Below are positions 36,399 through 49,034 of a stretch of DNA of 64,000 bases, piece after piece. Both the position numbers and the translations under genes were made by a program. The notes under the pieces were generated by a model. The model saw only the letters and a list, made by a program, of their open reading frames with translations, was not told where the DNA came from and did no database searches. The stretch spans positions 198,586,001 to 198,650,000 of the forward strand of contig NC_042997.1 of the NCBI RefSeq assembly GCF_006345805.1, written 5' to 3'. This stretch comes from Octopus sinensis (taxonomy: Eukaryota). Positions within the stretch are counted from its first letter, which is position 1. Every line of letters starts with the position of its first letter.

Positions 36399-36796
36399 TC
36401 TTTATATATAAAAGTAAGGTTGTGTGTCTGTCTCCTACGATTTAGATTCCTAACTACTCCCACATTTTGCGGTGCAGTTTAATCAAAACCGGGTATCTTA
36501 TAGTCGTTATTCATATCGAGCCCTTCTGGTTATTAGCGCGCGTCTACGATGAATCTACGATTAAAAAAAAAAAATTACCATCATTTTTTTTCCATTTTAA
36601 TGCATTTTTCGCTATTAAATAAGGGAAGTAACTCTCTAAAAATGTCTACGATGAGTCAACGATTTTAAACAAAATTTACCATAATTGTTTTCCATTTTTA
36701 ATGCATTTTTTTGCTATATTTTGGCTATAACTCTCTAAAAATGCTTATATAGTTATTTCCCTTACAAACCCGAGCAACGCTGGGCGATACTGCTAG
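36399..36796 (+). mobile_element. Non-autonomous Helitron
   Basis: TC...CTAG termini at an AT site. Confidence 0.9.
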
Positions 36797-36914
36797 TTTC
36801 AACTAAAACCAAAATGAAAATCTCCGTTGATGGAGAGAATCAAATTGTGGAGTAAGTTATCATTGTACATCAAAGACCACACTCTTGACATGACTACAGC
36901 TATGTAAACGATTC

Positions 36915-37290
36915 GGAGGCGCAATGGCCAGTGGTTAGGGCAGCGAACTCGCGGTCGTAGGATCGCGGTTTCGATTCCCAGACCGGGCGTTGTGAGTGTT
37001 TATTGAACGAAAACACCTAAAACTCCACAAGGCTCCGGCAGGAGGTGGTGGTGAACCCTGCTCTACTCTTTCACCACAACTTTCTCTCACTCTTTCTCGC
37101 TGTTTCTCTTGTACCTGTATTTCAAAGGGCCGGCCTTGTCACACTGTGTCACGCTGAATCTCCACGAGAACTACGTTAAGGGTAGATGTGTCTGTGGAGT
37201 GCTCAGCCATTCGCACGTTAATTTCACGAGCAGGCTGTTCCGTTGATCGGATCAACTGGAACACGCGTCGTCATAGCCGACGGGGTGTCA
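36915..37290 (+). mobile_element. Family B SINE (recombinant)
   Basis: 5' flank and head variants from the 38765 copy, body from the 35065 copy. Confidence 0.9.
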
Positions 37291-37884
37291 GTCGTGCCTG
37301 AGAGACGAATACAGACGGCGTGAAAATAATATAACTAAAACTTACAATAAAACTAAGATAGATTCTAAACATCTCTTCAACATTTGCTGCACGACGTTAG
37401 GATTGCCCTTGTGTTCTTTTCAATTATACACAAGTTCAAACCATCGCTTCACATGTTCTTAATGTCAGGAAAAATTTTAAATAGAAATTATGACTCGTTT
37501 TGTTAAACAGATATAATGAAATACTTGTATTGTTCTAACTATTTTATGGTTATTGTGAAATTTACCATTATAGCAGTAGAGTCGTTGACTATTTTATTGT
37601 GTTTCTCGAAAGGTGGGTCACGATCCATTTATGATATTAAATTGTCAATGTAGTGAGTTAAATAGAATTTAGCTTCTACCGCTAGACGAATGTCAGGTAC
37701 ATTTCAGACGAAAATATTAATTGCAGACGCTGTTTGATTTCTGACTTCAATTTCCCAGTTTTCTAGCTTCAATTTTCCAAGATTCCGTTCTAAAAGATAC
37801 TGAGGCTCTTCAACACATACGTTTTTTCCAATGTGTTGATAATCTTGATACAAATATGGGGGGGACACACAAACATACACACAC

Positions 37885-37929
<45 letters not shown>

Positions 37930-38249
37930 TGATGGGCTTCTTTCAGTTTCCGTCTACCAAATCCACTCATAAGGCTTTGGTCGGCCCGAGGCTATACATG
38001 AAGACACTTGCCCAAGGTGCTACGCAGTGGGACTGAACCTGGAACCATGTGGTTGGTAAGCAAGCTACTTACCACACAGCCACTCCCTGCGCCTATTCTC
38101 CTATTCTCAATCGTCCCTGTCTTGGGAGCATAAAATTCTAAGTTAGTGCATCAGTCGAAGATGTCGAACTAGACTCAAACGAGTTTGAAGAAAACAAGAT
38201 ATTAGAAACAATATCTGGGCTTTATGTTATTCCATGAAATCCCCATTCA

Positions 38250-38646
38250 TCTTATATATAAAAGTAAGGTTGTGTGTCTGTCTCCTACGATTTAGATTCC
38301 TAACTACTCCCACATTTTGCGGTGCAGTTTAATCAAAACCGGGTATCTTATAGTCGTTATTCATATCGAGCCCTTCTGGTTATTAGCGCGCGTCTACGAT
38401 GAATCTACGATTAAAAAAAAAAAATTACCATCATTTTTTTTCCATTTTAATGCATTTTTCGCTATTAAATAAGGGAAGTAACTCTCTAAAAATGTCTACG
38501 ATGAGTCAACGATTTTAAACAAAATTTACCATAATTGTTTTCCATTTTTAATGCATTTTTTTGCTATATTTTGGCTATAACTCTCTAAAAATGCTTATAT
38601 AGTTATTTCCCTTACAAACCCGAGCAACGCTGGGCGATACTGCTAG
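38250..38646 (+). mobile_element. Non-autonomous Helitron (duplicated copy)
   Basis: Copy of 36399-36796. Confidence 0.9.
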
Positions 38647-38764
38647 TTTCAACTAAAACCAAAATGAAAATCTCCGTTGATGGAGAGAATCAAATTGTGG
38701 AGTAAGTTATCATTGTACATCAAAGACCACACTCTTGACATGACTACAGCTATGTAAACGATTC

Positions 38765-39146
38765 GGAGGCGCAATGGCCCAGTGGTTAGGGCAGCGAACT
38801 CGCGGTCGTAGGATCGCGGTTTCGATTCCCAGACCGGGCGTTGTGAGTGTTTATTGAGCGAAAACATCTAAAGCTCCATGAGGCTCCGGCAGGGGATGGT
38901 GGTGATCCCTGCTGTACTCTTTCACCACAACTTTCTCTCACTCTTACTTCCTGTTTCTGTTGTACCTGTATTTCAAAGGGCCGGCCTTATCACTCTCTGT
39001 GTCACGCTGAATATCCCCGAGAACTACGTTAAGGGTACACGTGTCTGTGGAGTGCTCAGCCACTTACACGTTAATTTCACGAGCAGGCTGTTCCGTTGAT
39101 CGGATCAACCGGAACCCTCGTCGTCGTAACCGACGGAGTGCTTCCA
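38765..39146 (+). mobile_element. Family B SINE
   Basis: Full length. TSD tatgtaaacgat. Confidence 0.92.
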
Positions 39147-39510
39147 TTATGTAAACGATCCGCAAGGGGGCACTAAATATCAACCTAAGGAAAAACAGAA
39201 GAAATTCCTGTTTGATCATGTTCCGTTTATATATTGGATGTAATGACAAATGAAGTAAATCATGAAGATGAGGCTGCAAATGAAATGCTATTTGAATTAA
39301 TGAGGCAATGTTATCACATAGGCATCTATCACGCATATTCGAACACTTTCTCAGATATATATATACACAGATCTCTCCCTCTTTCAATAGACACATATAT
39401 ACATACATATAAATATATATATAAGACTTACAACTGTAAACATGTATGTATGTCTGTGTATATATATGTATGAATCCAAAAACGAAATATATATATATAG
39501 GTATGTATGC

Positions 39511-39562
<52 letters not shown>

Positions 39563-39618
39563 GCGTGTGTGTGTGTATGTATTGTATATGTATGTATCCA
39601 AAAACGAAATATGTATGT

Positions 39619-39654
<36 letters not shown>

Positions 39655-40234
39655 GCACACACATAAAAACGCACGCACGCACGCATGCATACACACACAC
39701 ATACATACATACATACATACATACATACATTTGTAAGTATTATGAAGCGCTACGGGCTAGGGTATTCTGAGGAATATCAGTGGAATATTTATTTAACTAG
39801 AAATTGTAATGTCCTTCAGAGGTAATAATTATCCAAACGGAAAACACTTGACAGGAAATATTAAACAATTTTTTCTTGTTTTCGTTTTATATAAGATTCA
39901 AAACTCTCTTCATTGGCAGTTAAAATAGGCTGAGTGTGCATATATCGAACGTTAATTTTCACGTACTAATATAACCCATAAATTTTCCTTTCCTAAACCA
40001 TTAAGTATAACTGGTTTAGTTCTGGTTGCGTAACATAGCAATTTATTTTTTCAAACACTTTTCTTAGCTTTCGCATCAATTCGCCTGCTTATAAAGATGG
40101 TCGGATAAACTGTAGAAAGTACAGCTATCGTGTATCTGCCACCAGTGTTACACTAATGAGTTACAAAAAAACCCCCCAAAAAGACAACAACAATAAAGTC
40201 ACATACTTCAAATGGGTAATAGGTTTATGTGGGT

Positions 40235-40618
40235 GGAAGCGCAATGGCCCAGTGGTTAGGGCAGCGGACTCGCGGTCTTAGGATCGCGGTTTCGATTCCC
40301 AGACCGGGTGCTGTGAGTGTTTATTGAGCGAAAACAAATAAAGCTCCACGAGGCTCCAGTAGAGGATGGTAGCGATCCCTGCTGTACTCTGTCACCACAA
40401 CTTTCTCTCACTTTTTCTTCCTGTTTCTGTTGTACCTGTATTTCAAAGGGGCCAGCCTTGTCACACTCTGTGTCATGCTGAAAATCTCCCCGAGAACTAC
40501 GTTAAGGGTACACGTGTCTGTGGTGTCCTCAGCCACTTGCACGTTAATTTCACGAGCACGCTGTTCCGTTGATCGGATCAACTGGAACCCTAGTCGTCGT
40601 AACCGACGGAGTACTACC
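40235..40618 (+). mobile_element. Family B SINE
   Basis: Full length. TSD aggtttatgtgg. Confidence 0.92.
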
Positions 40619-41254
40619 AGGTTTATGTGGACGCAATTGCACTATGTATACCACTGTTTTTGTGATAGAAGCTATAATCATTTCTCGACAACACTCATGG
40701 TACGTAAAAAGTAAGTACAACGACTAGGTGCGAACCACGCATCTACTGTACCACATAAGCCACGTCAACATCTCATTGAGGACGACACTTTATGCACCGG
40801 CTTGCAGTGGTTTGTTATCTTGTTATCTGATAATTAGAAGCCTAGGAATTATATATCTTAATTGTTCGTACATATTCTGTATCTTGTTCATGTATGTAAT
40901 GACGTCAGAGGTGAGCAAAAAGCAACTGACTCAGTGCCCGACAGCTGTTCAACACACCACGCCTCACCCCATATATCACTGTTATTTGATCCAGAAAAAC
41001 AGTAGCGCCCTGGGGCACTTTTCGCATTTTAAGGGTTTATTGTATAGACTGCATATGTAAATTGGTAAGCTATTACAAGCCTAATATACAAAACGTAACT
41101 TAGTATTTTTTTTCATAAGCTCAAAAGCAGTGTTCTTGTGTGCCCTTAGAATATTTACAGTTAGTTTGCTTTCTTTAACATATATATCCCAAGTCAGCTA
41201 TTTATATTAGCTTTCTGGATTCAGTGAAATTTTAAACATATATTTCTTTTTTTA

Positions 41255-41663
41255 TTTATTGCCCACTGGGGGCTAAACATAGTGGAGACAAACAAGGACA
41301 AAGAAAGGTATTACGTCGATTACATCGACTCCAGTCCATAACTGGTACTTATTTAATCGACCCCGAAACGATGAAAGGCAAAGTCGACCTCGGCGGAATT
41401 TGAACTCAGAACGTAACGATAGACGAAATACCTATTTCTTTATTACCCACAAGGGGCTAAACATAGAGGGGACAAACAAGGACAGACATAGGTATTAAGT
41501 CGTTTACATTGACCCCAGTGCGTAACTGGTACTTAATTTATCGACCCCGAAACGATGAAAGGCAAAGTCGACCTCGGCGGAATTTGAACTCACAACGTAA
41601 CGACAGACGAAATACCGGTAAGCATTTCGCCCGGCGCGCTAACGTTTCTGCCAGCTCGTCGCC
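41255..41663 (-). mobile_element. Family C SINE dimer
   Basis: One head, two bodies joined at gaaatag|gtatttcgtc. Confidence 0.88.
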
Positions 41664-41901
41664 CTATTTGAAATGTATATTGCAAGTGTAAAGGTCGAGT
41701 ATTTTTGATACGCTTTGGTGTTTGTGGTAAAAGCAAAATACAGAATATGAATTTAGTCTATTTGCTTAGAGTCGGGTGACTGTTGTGTGTTGGTTCGAAG
41801 TTAAACTTTATCTTGTCTCGCATATATCCCGGTACCGTCAAATGTTCCCTCTCAGAATTCCACACTTGTTATTTCATCTTCAATATTGCACTCACAAAAA
41901 G

Positions 41902-42680
41902 TCTGGCAGAAACGTTAGCACGCCGTGCGAATACTTAGCAGTATTTCGTCTGCCGTTACGTTCTGAGTTCAAATGCCACCGAGGTCGACTTTGCCTTTCA
42001 TCCTTTCGAGGTCGATAAGTACTAGTTACGCACTGGGTGGATGTAATCGACTTAATCCCTTTCTCCGTCCTTGTTTGTCCCCTCTATGTTTAGCCCCTTG
42101 TGGGCAATAAAGAAATAATCGGTGTTTCATTCTACGTCTATGCATTAACAATACCTATTTCTTTACTACCCACAAGGGGCTAAACACAGAGGGGACAAAC
42201 AAGGACAGACAAAGGAATTAAGTCGATTACATCGACACCAGTGCGTAATTGGTACTTAATTTATCGACCCCGAAAGGATGAAAGGCAAAGTCGACCTCGG
42301 CGGAATTTGAACTCGGAACGTAACGACCGACGAAATACGGCTACACATTTCGCCCGGCGTGCTAACGTTTCTGCCAGCTCGTCGCCTTCAATACCACCAT
42401 GTTCGATTACTCTCATCCATCTTTTTTACACCCATCACCCCCACTTTTTCCGCTCTGTTACCTTTAATCATACGTTTTTCTACATAATAAACAACACTAC
42501 ATCACTTGCGCTATAGCAACAAAAACGACACAGTCATTTACTACATACACGAGCCTATAAATATACACCTATTTCTTTACTACCCACAAGGGGCTAAACA
42601 TAGAGGGGACAAACAAATACGGACAAACGGATTAAGTCGATTACATTGCTCCCAGTGCGTCACTGGTACTTAATTTATCT
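41902..42680. mobile_element. Family C SINE copies in both orientations
   Basis: About 41902-42118 (+), 42154-42386 (-) and 42567-42680 (-, partial). Confidence 0.85.
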
Positions 42681-42689
42681 TTTCTTGGA

Positions 42690-43117
42690 TGCTTTTCCTT
42701 CTCTTTTCTCTCCATATTTTCAAATTCACGCGCTCTAGTGTTATTCCACGGCCTGTTTTCTTTCTATATTTCGTCCTGTTACTATCTTCATTCATCACTA
42801 CGACTCCCACGTCTCTCATCTTTCTTTCTTATTTTCTTTCGCTTTCTTATTTTCTCTCTCTCCCCCTTCTTTCTATTTCCTTCTTTCTCTCTCTCTCTCC
42901 CTTTCTTTTTTCTCTTGCCTTCTTTCTTTCTCTCTCTCCCCTTTCCCTCTTTCTCCCTCCCTGTCTCGTTTCATCTCTCTCCCTTTCTCCCTCTCTGTCT
43001 CGTTTCATCTCTCGATCCCTTTTGTCTGTAGCTTTGTAGCTGTTTTTCTGTCTGTCTTTCTTTTTGTCTTTCTGTCTTTGTCTCACTTTAGCTCTCGGTC
43101 CCCCTTTCTTTGTTTGT

Positions 43118-43162
<45 letters not shown>

Positions 43163-43200
43163 TTCTTTGTTTTAATTTACCTATCTCTCTCTCTCCCTCA
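42690..43200 (+). repeat. CT-rich polypyrimidine low-complexity tract
   Basis: Direct reading. Includes a pure (ct)n run. Confidence 0.9.
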
Positions 43201-43744
43201 CTGCTAAATTATTCATTACCGACAGAAAAACATTTAAACTGCAATAGAAGAAAACAGCCTGAAACGTCAGACTCCTCTTTTTTACAGTAATCTAATTCAC
43301 TATTTCTGACCAAATATTTTTTCTCTACGTTTTCCGGCTCCCTACCTCTCTACTACCTCCTCCTCCTCCTCCTCTACATTCATCCGTTTTACTACTTCTC
43401 TGTAAAACTGTCGATAGTTGATTCATAATTTACATGTTGTACATGTGATTATTTAAGGCTAATAAAATTATACAAAGCGGGTTATAATTGTATTTGTTAT
43501 CAACACATAATTATAATCAAATTGTATGATCTTTTCATCGAATTACCGTCAAAAATGTAAGAATTAATATTACATTGACGTTTTACTTCCTATGGTAATC
43601 ATTAAAATGAGAAAACAAAACAAAAGCAGTAAACACCCAAACATATTATTAAACGAGAATTTTTAGTAATATTGTAGTAATATAATTTTCCAAATATTAA
43701 AAAGAAGCTAGCCTTAATTAAGCATAGTATTTTTAAGGCAGCAA

Positions 43745-44082
43745 GATGGCGAGCTGGCAGAAACGTTAGCACGCCGGGCGAAATGATTAGCTGTATTTCG
43801 CCTGTCGTTACGTTCTGAGTTCAAATTCCGCCGAGGTCGACTTTGCCTTTCATCCTTTCGGGGTCGATAAACTAAGTACCAATTACGCAGTGGGGTCAAT
43901 GTAATCGACTTAATCGCTTTGTCTGTCCTTGTTTGTCCCCTCTATGTTTAGCACCTTGTGGGTAATAAAGAAACAGGTATTTCACCTGTCTTTACGTTCT
44001 GACTTCAAAGTTGCGTACTGGGGTCGATCTAATCGACTAATCCCCTCCCACCAAAATTTCGGGCCTTGTGCCTAGAGTAGAG
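43745..44082 (+). mobile_element. Family C SINE with partial second unit and alternative tail
   Basis: Head, body, junction gaaacag|gtatttc, then ggccttgtgcctagagtag tail. Confidence 0.85.
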
Positions 44083-44379
44083 AAGATTATTTTTAATGCA
44101 GCACATGATTTGTAAGTGAGAATTATGTGCATGTGATTGGCTTCTGCATGTATGTGTATTTGCGTGCGTGCAGCGTGCGTGCGTGTTTGTGTGTGAAAGT
44201 GAACGGAAACCTGATGTTAAAAAATACTTATTTAGTTTCATTTGAATTGTTTTCTTCAAAACAATGCTTTAAAACGCCACCTAGAACACGTTTTCAGGGA
44301 CAGTGCGATTGTCGCTATGAATATTTTATTATTTGTCTCCTCGTTTGAAAACAATTACCTTCCAGGATAGATTTCGACG

Positions 44380-44800
44380 TTGGCAAAGACAGAAATTATT
44401 CAGCGGCCAAGTTGGGAGAAAATACAATTAGAGAACGAGAAATGCCTTGTACTTTGCCAAAATTGACCGTTAATGAATGATACATGAGCTGGCGCATGTA
44501 GAATAGCATGGAGTAGTAGCATGCATAGATTGTTTGTCCATTTCTGAAACCACTTTATTTGCAGTATCCCTCTCAAACACTCCGAAGCATCCAAGTTAAA
44601 CTCTTCTTTTCATCATCTGATCACATAGAACGAACTAATGATTAAAACTGCCTTCGCAATAAAGAAAAAAAGACGGTCTTTAACACCGCCACATTTGAGG
44701 GACCGCGACCAGTCTTCCTTTTCCAGTAGAATCGATGACGATCCAAATCACAAAGACCACGATTACCAATTCCTTCGTAGTCAGTGTTTTCTTGTATCAC
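44380..44800 (-). mobile_element. Tigger/pogo DDE transposase remnant
   Basis: Broken frames FYWKR.., KDRL, W.., LLLLHAILHAPAH resemble pogo motifs LFWK, KDRLT and LLLLDNAP.H. Confidence 0.45.
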
Positions 44801-44911
44801 ACGTCTGTTTTTTCCTCTCCTGTTATCAAACCTTTCAATGAGTTTTCCAAAGCATTCAAAGGATCAGACAGCACCCGATTGGCTGTGATTCGGTTCCCTT
44901 TTTGCTAACAA

Positions 44912-45073
44912 GGCGTAGGAGTGGCTGTGTAGTAAGTAGCTTGCTTACAAACTACATGGTTCCGGGTTCAGTCCCACTGCGTGGCACCTCGGGCAAGTGT
45001 CTTCTACTACAACCTCGGGCCGACCAAAGCCTTGTGAGTGGATTTGGTTGACGGAAACTGAAAGGAGCCCGTC

Positions 45074-45119
<46 letters not shown>

Positions 45120-45625
45120 TATATATAGAAAATAGTAGAGTGAAAAAACGACAGAAGGCTTGAATGTTAAAAAATATATATATTTGCGTCAATATGTCTG
45201 AAGAATATTAGAAAATTAAAAAAAACAAATTTTTTCCCTCTTATAATGACATAAATTAAAAGAAATACCGGTTTCGCGTGTAGCTTTTCAAATTTCTTGT
45301 GACGTTATGTTTATATTGCATGGAGTTATCGTTGTGTTTATTTTCAGGAGATTTCACAAACCAACTTTCTTATTCATATATATATATATATATATATAAT
45401 ATATATATATATATGTGCGTGTATATGTTTGTCTCCCCACCCAAACATCGCTTGACAACCGATGCTGGTGTGTTTACGTCCCCGTAACTTAGCGGTTCGG
45501 CAAAACAGACCGATAGAATAAGTACAAGGCTTACGAAGAATAAGTCCTGGGGTCGATATGCTCGACTAAAGGCAGTGCTCCAGCACGGCCACAGTCAAAT
45601 GACTGAAACAAGTAAAAGAGTAAAC
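44912..45625 (+). mobile_element. Family A SINE interrupted within its microsatellite
   Basis: 5' module to about 45080, about 300 bp inserted between (TA)n runs, 3' module from about 45430. Confidence 0.85.
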
Positions 45626-46028
45626 GAGAGTGTAAAGAGTAAATGTTGGTATAAATCGGCGCAGGCGTGGGTGTGTATTAAGAAGCATGCTTCCCAACGT
45701 CAAGGCTCCGCTTTCAGTTCGACAGCGTGGCACTTCGGGCAGGTGTGCACACACACACACACACGCATATTTATATGCATGCATGTTTGTTTATGTCGCT
45801 CGAATGAGAGAGTAGTGCTCAATGCATGGTGTAGGGGATATGACTTTCTTTATTGAAACCGAAATTGTGAGTTTGTTTCACACCTCGAGTTTCGGGTGAG
45901 AAGTCTCCTCAAGATCACATTGACAGGAAACTCAAGTTGTGAGACAAAATCTGTTTCGGTCTGACTAAAAAATAAACTGAAAACACACACACATATACAT
46001 GCATACATACATACATACATACATACGT

Positions 46029-46350
46029 GGAGGCGCAATGGCCCAGTGGTTAGGGCAGCGGACTCGCGGACGGAGGATCGCGGTTTCGATTCCCAGACTG
46101 GGCGTTGTGTGTGTTTATTGAGCGAAAACACCTAAAGCTCCACGAGGCTCCGGCAGGGAGGGGGGCGACCCCTGTTGTACTCTCTCGCCCTAACTTTCTC
46201 TCACACTTTCTTCCTTTTCTTGAGTAACGCTGCGATAGACAGGCGTCCCGTCCAGCAGGTGGGGAGGGGGCGGACACATACGCCACAGAAACCGGGAAAC
46301 CGGGCCCATGAGCCTGGCTAGGCTTGAAAAGGGCGCATAAATAAATAAAT
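46029..46350 (+). mobile_element. Family B2 SINE (B head, different tail)
   Basis: Shares about 150 nt with family B, then gcgat.gac.ggcgtcccgtccag..cagaaaccgggaaaccgggcccatgag tail. Confidence 0.85.
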
Positions 46351-46524
46351 ATATACATAATATTGAGTATATTTCTAGAAAAAAATTCTCGCTTAGTCTA
46401 ATTGTGACATACGCATGCAGGACGTATGTCATATTACCGAATATACATGCTGCTTGGAAGTTTATTATTTTGGGCAATTTTATGAAGTTTTTTTTTTCCT
46501 TCGAAGGCAGTTTTTCTTGTATAT

Positions 46525-46930
46525 TCTTTTATTCTTTTACTTGTTTGAGTCATTTGACTGCGGCCATGCTGGAGCACGGCCTTTAATCGAGAAACTCGAC
46601 CCCGGGACTTATTCTTTTGTAAGTCCAGTACTTATTCTCTCGGTCACTTTTGCCGAACCGCTAAGTAACAGGGACATAAACACACCAGCATCGGTTGTCA
46701 AGCAATGCTAGGAGGACAAACACAGACACAAACACACACACGCATATATATATATATACATACATATATACGACGGGCTTTCAGTTTCCGTCTACCAAAT
46801 CCACTCACAAGGCTTTGGTCGGCCCGAGGCTATAGCAGAAGACACATGCCCAAGGTGCCACGCAGTGGGACTGAACCCGGAACCATGTGGTTAGTAAACA
46901 AGCTACCTACCACACAGCCACTCCTGCGCC
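46525..46930 (-). mobile_element. Family A SINE
   Basis: Full-length reverse match. Confidence 0.9.
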
Positions 46931-46950
46931 TATATATATATATATCTTTT

Positions 46951-47273
46951 GACCCCCTTCGGTCATGAATGACCATGGGATTGCACCTAGAAAGTTACCC
47001 TCCTAGACACAAGTCCGGGCACGGTTGTTTATGGAAGACCAGCAGTCGCCCATGCATACCAGCCTCCCCTCTCCAGGCCACCAGTGTTATCCAAGGGAAA
47101 GACAAAGGTCGATACAGCTTGGCACCAGTGACGTCGCAACTCATTTCTACAGCCGAGTGAACTGGAGCAACGTGAAATAAAGTGCCTTGCTCAAGAACAC
47201 AACACCCAGCCCGGTCCGGGATTCGAGCTCACAACCTCACGATCGTAAGCTCGACGCTCTCACCACTGAGCCA

Positions 47274-47274
<1 letters not shown>
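46951..47274 (-). mobile_element. Family E tRNA-derived SINE
   Basis: Minus-strand head tggctcagtggtgagagcgtcg..gagctcgaatcccg, then ttgagcaaggcactt core and ggtgcaatcccatggtcattcatgaccgaaggggg tail. Confidence 0.75.
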
Positions 47275-47328
<54 letters not shown>

Positions 47329-47329
47329 A

Positions 47330-47560
47330 ATCTTCGACACATTTGTAACGTTCCTGTCAGATTATACTCAGCTCCCATAATTTCTTCGACTGTTTCTTTA
47401 TTCACCGCCTGAAGAAAGATATAATTCTCCAAACAGAACTTTCTGGGGCGGAAGACTTGCTACATTTCTTGTCTAGCATATATGCTTATAGTACGTGGGT
47501 GTTTGGGAGGCAGCTGTTCTCAAGCTCGTAGCATCTCAAGTAAAGTCGTAGAATTTTTTA
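47330..47560 (-). mobile_element. LINE (RTE/L2-like) C-terminal remnant
   Basis: SLPPQKVLFGELY..GGE resembles the RLPK.VLFGEL..G.R..GG motif. Confidence 0.4.
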
Positions 47561-48558
47561 CGTGTTTAACTGTATGGAAGTAAGAGATATTCTTCATTCA
47601 GAATTGAATTCAATACACAAAAGGAAAACAAGAAAGAATGAGACACTTAAAATTTTCCGGAGGAAGCACAACGTTACTCGCATCATCATTGAAAGTTGAA
47701 TATAAACTCACAATATTAAAACACTGCAATAAGTGAGTATAAATTGGTGGAGTAACTCACCTAATCAAGAATAATAAACCATGTGAAAAGTGACAGCAAG
47801 TCTGAATTTTATAAGTAGTGGGGTTGAGGTGTTATTTATTGGCGGTTCATTTAGGGAAATAGTCATGTACTGTTTGTAAAAATTGTTTCCCCAAATAAAA
47901 GAAGAATCATCTTAACAGATGCTGCAAATCGCATCATCCAAAATAGAAGAAAAGCCGAGACTAATGTTTGGGTGTGAGTTACAGAAAGAATGTGTGCTCA
48001 AGGGAAAAGGAAAAAAATCGAAAGAAGACAAAATATAATTGTTAGTAGACGGCGTGAAAGTTTAGTGATGAATGAAGTGTATTTTGGAAGAATGAAAGAG
48101 AGATAGAGAGAGAGAAGAAAAGGTTTTTTTTTTGGTAAAGAAGTGTTAAGCTTTTCTTCAAATATATTCAAGAGATCTTGGTGATAAAAATATCGAACGG
48201 AAAAGCAAACAACTGAGGCTCTTCGAAGTATTTAATGGTGCTGTATCTGAGTAACAGTAAGGTGTTTCCGATACTTATAATTTATTTTCTTTTGCTTTAC
48301 AAGAATCAACCGGCGTAAATCATAGAGCTAAGTTAGGGAATTATATAAGAGGAAGTAATGACAGTTTTAGCATTTTTGAAGAACTTGTTTGTCCTGCATC
48401 GATTAACAGAAAAATAAAAGATCAGATATCTGACAAAGTACAGACGTACTTGGAAAATTTTTTAGTAAATTTCGGTAAACTTATCAATACTTGCACTAAT
48501 GGAACTCCATCAATAATCAGTAAACTTAGATCTATAATCTTGCGTGAAAACATTTTCA

Positions 48559-48960
48559 GGATCTTTTCGGTTTGAACGGCAGTTTTTTTACATAATTTCC
48601 ACGTAACTAAACACTTTTAAACTTCGTATACTGGTAGAATGTGTTTATAAAACATCTTTTTCTCTTGGCTTTGAGAAAATTCTATAGTTTGTAAGATATT
48701 TGTTGTTTTTTATTTTCTGCAATTTCAACCAATCAATGACGTCTATTAAGGTAAAAAAACATTCTGTGCCGTATGAATATGTCCCTCGTTTAAGAAACAG
48801 ATTGGGTTTATTTACATTCTGAAACAAAAAAAACCCCATCCCCCCACCCCTAACCCTAAAACAGATTGAAATGCAATAGATCGATACTAGGGTCATAATT
48901 ATGGGTGACAATTTCATATGACACTGCTAGAAAAAACTGCCGTTCAAACCGAAACAATCC
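48559..48960. mobile_element. MITE with 29-bp TIRs and 8-bp TSD (Merlin-like termini)
   Basis: TIR ggatcttttcggtttgaacggcagttttt / ggattgtttcggtttgaacggcagttttt. TSD cattttca at 48551-48558 and 48961-48968. Confidence 0.85.
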
Positions 48961-49034
48961 CATTTTCAATCATCCTGTACTAACGTATCGTTTACACCAG
49001 ATATTAGGAGTCACTGAATGGAAAATCTTTAAAT

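Larger units (their letters stand above)
35065..38764 (+). repeat. Near-identical tandem duplication, 1850-bp period x2
   Basis: Family B SINE heads at 35065, 36915 and 38765. The intervening sequence is identical apart from about 2 substitutions and small indels. Confidence 0.97.

Noticed and set aside
39384-39770. Multiple overlapping ORFs on both strands
   Set aside because: Compound microsatellite.
40879-40935. CRE (tgacgtca) and AP-1 (tgactca) motif pair
   Set aside because: Short motifs expected by chance in 64 kb, with no supporting promoter evidence.
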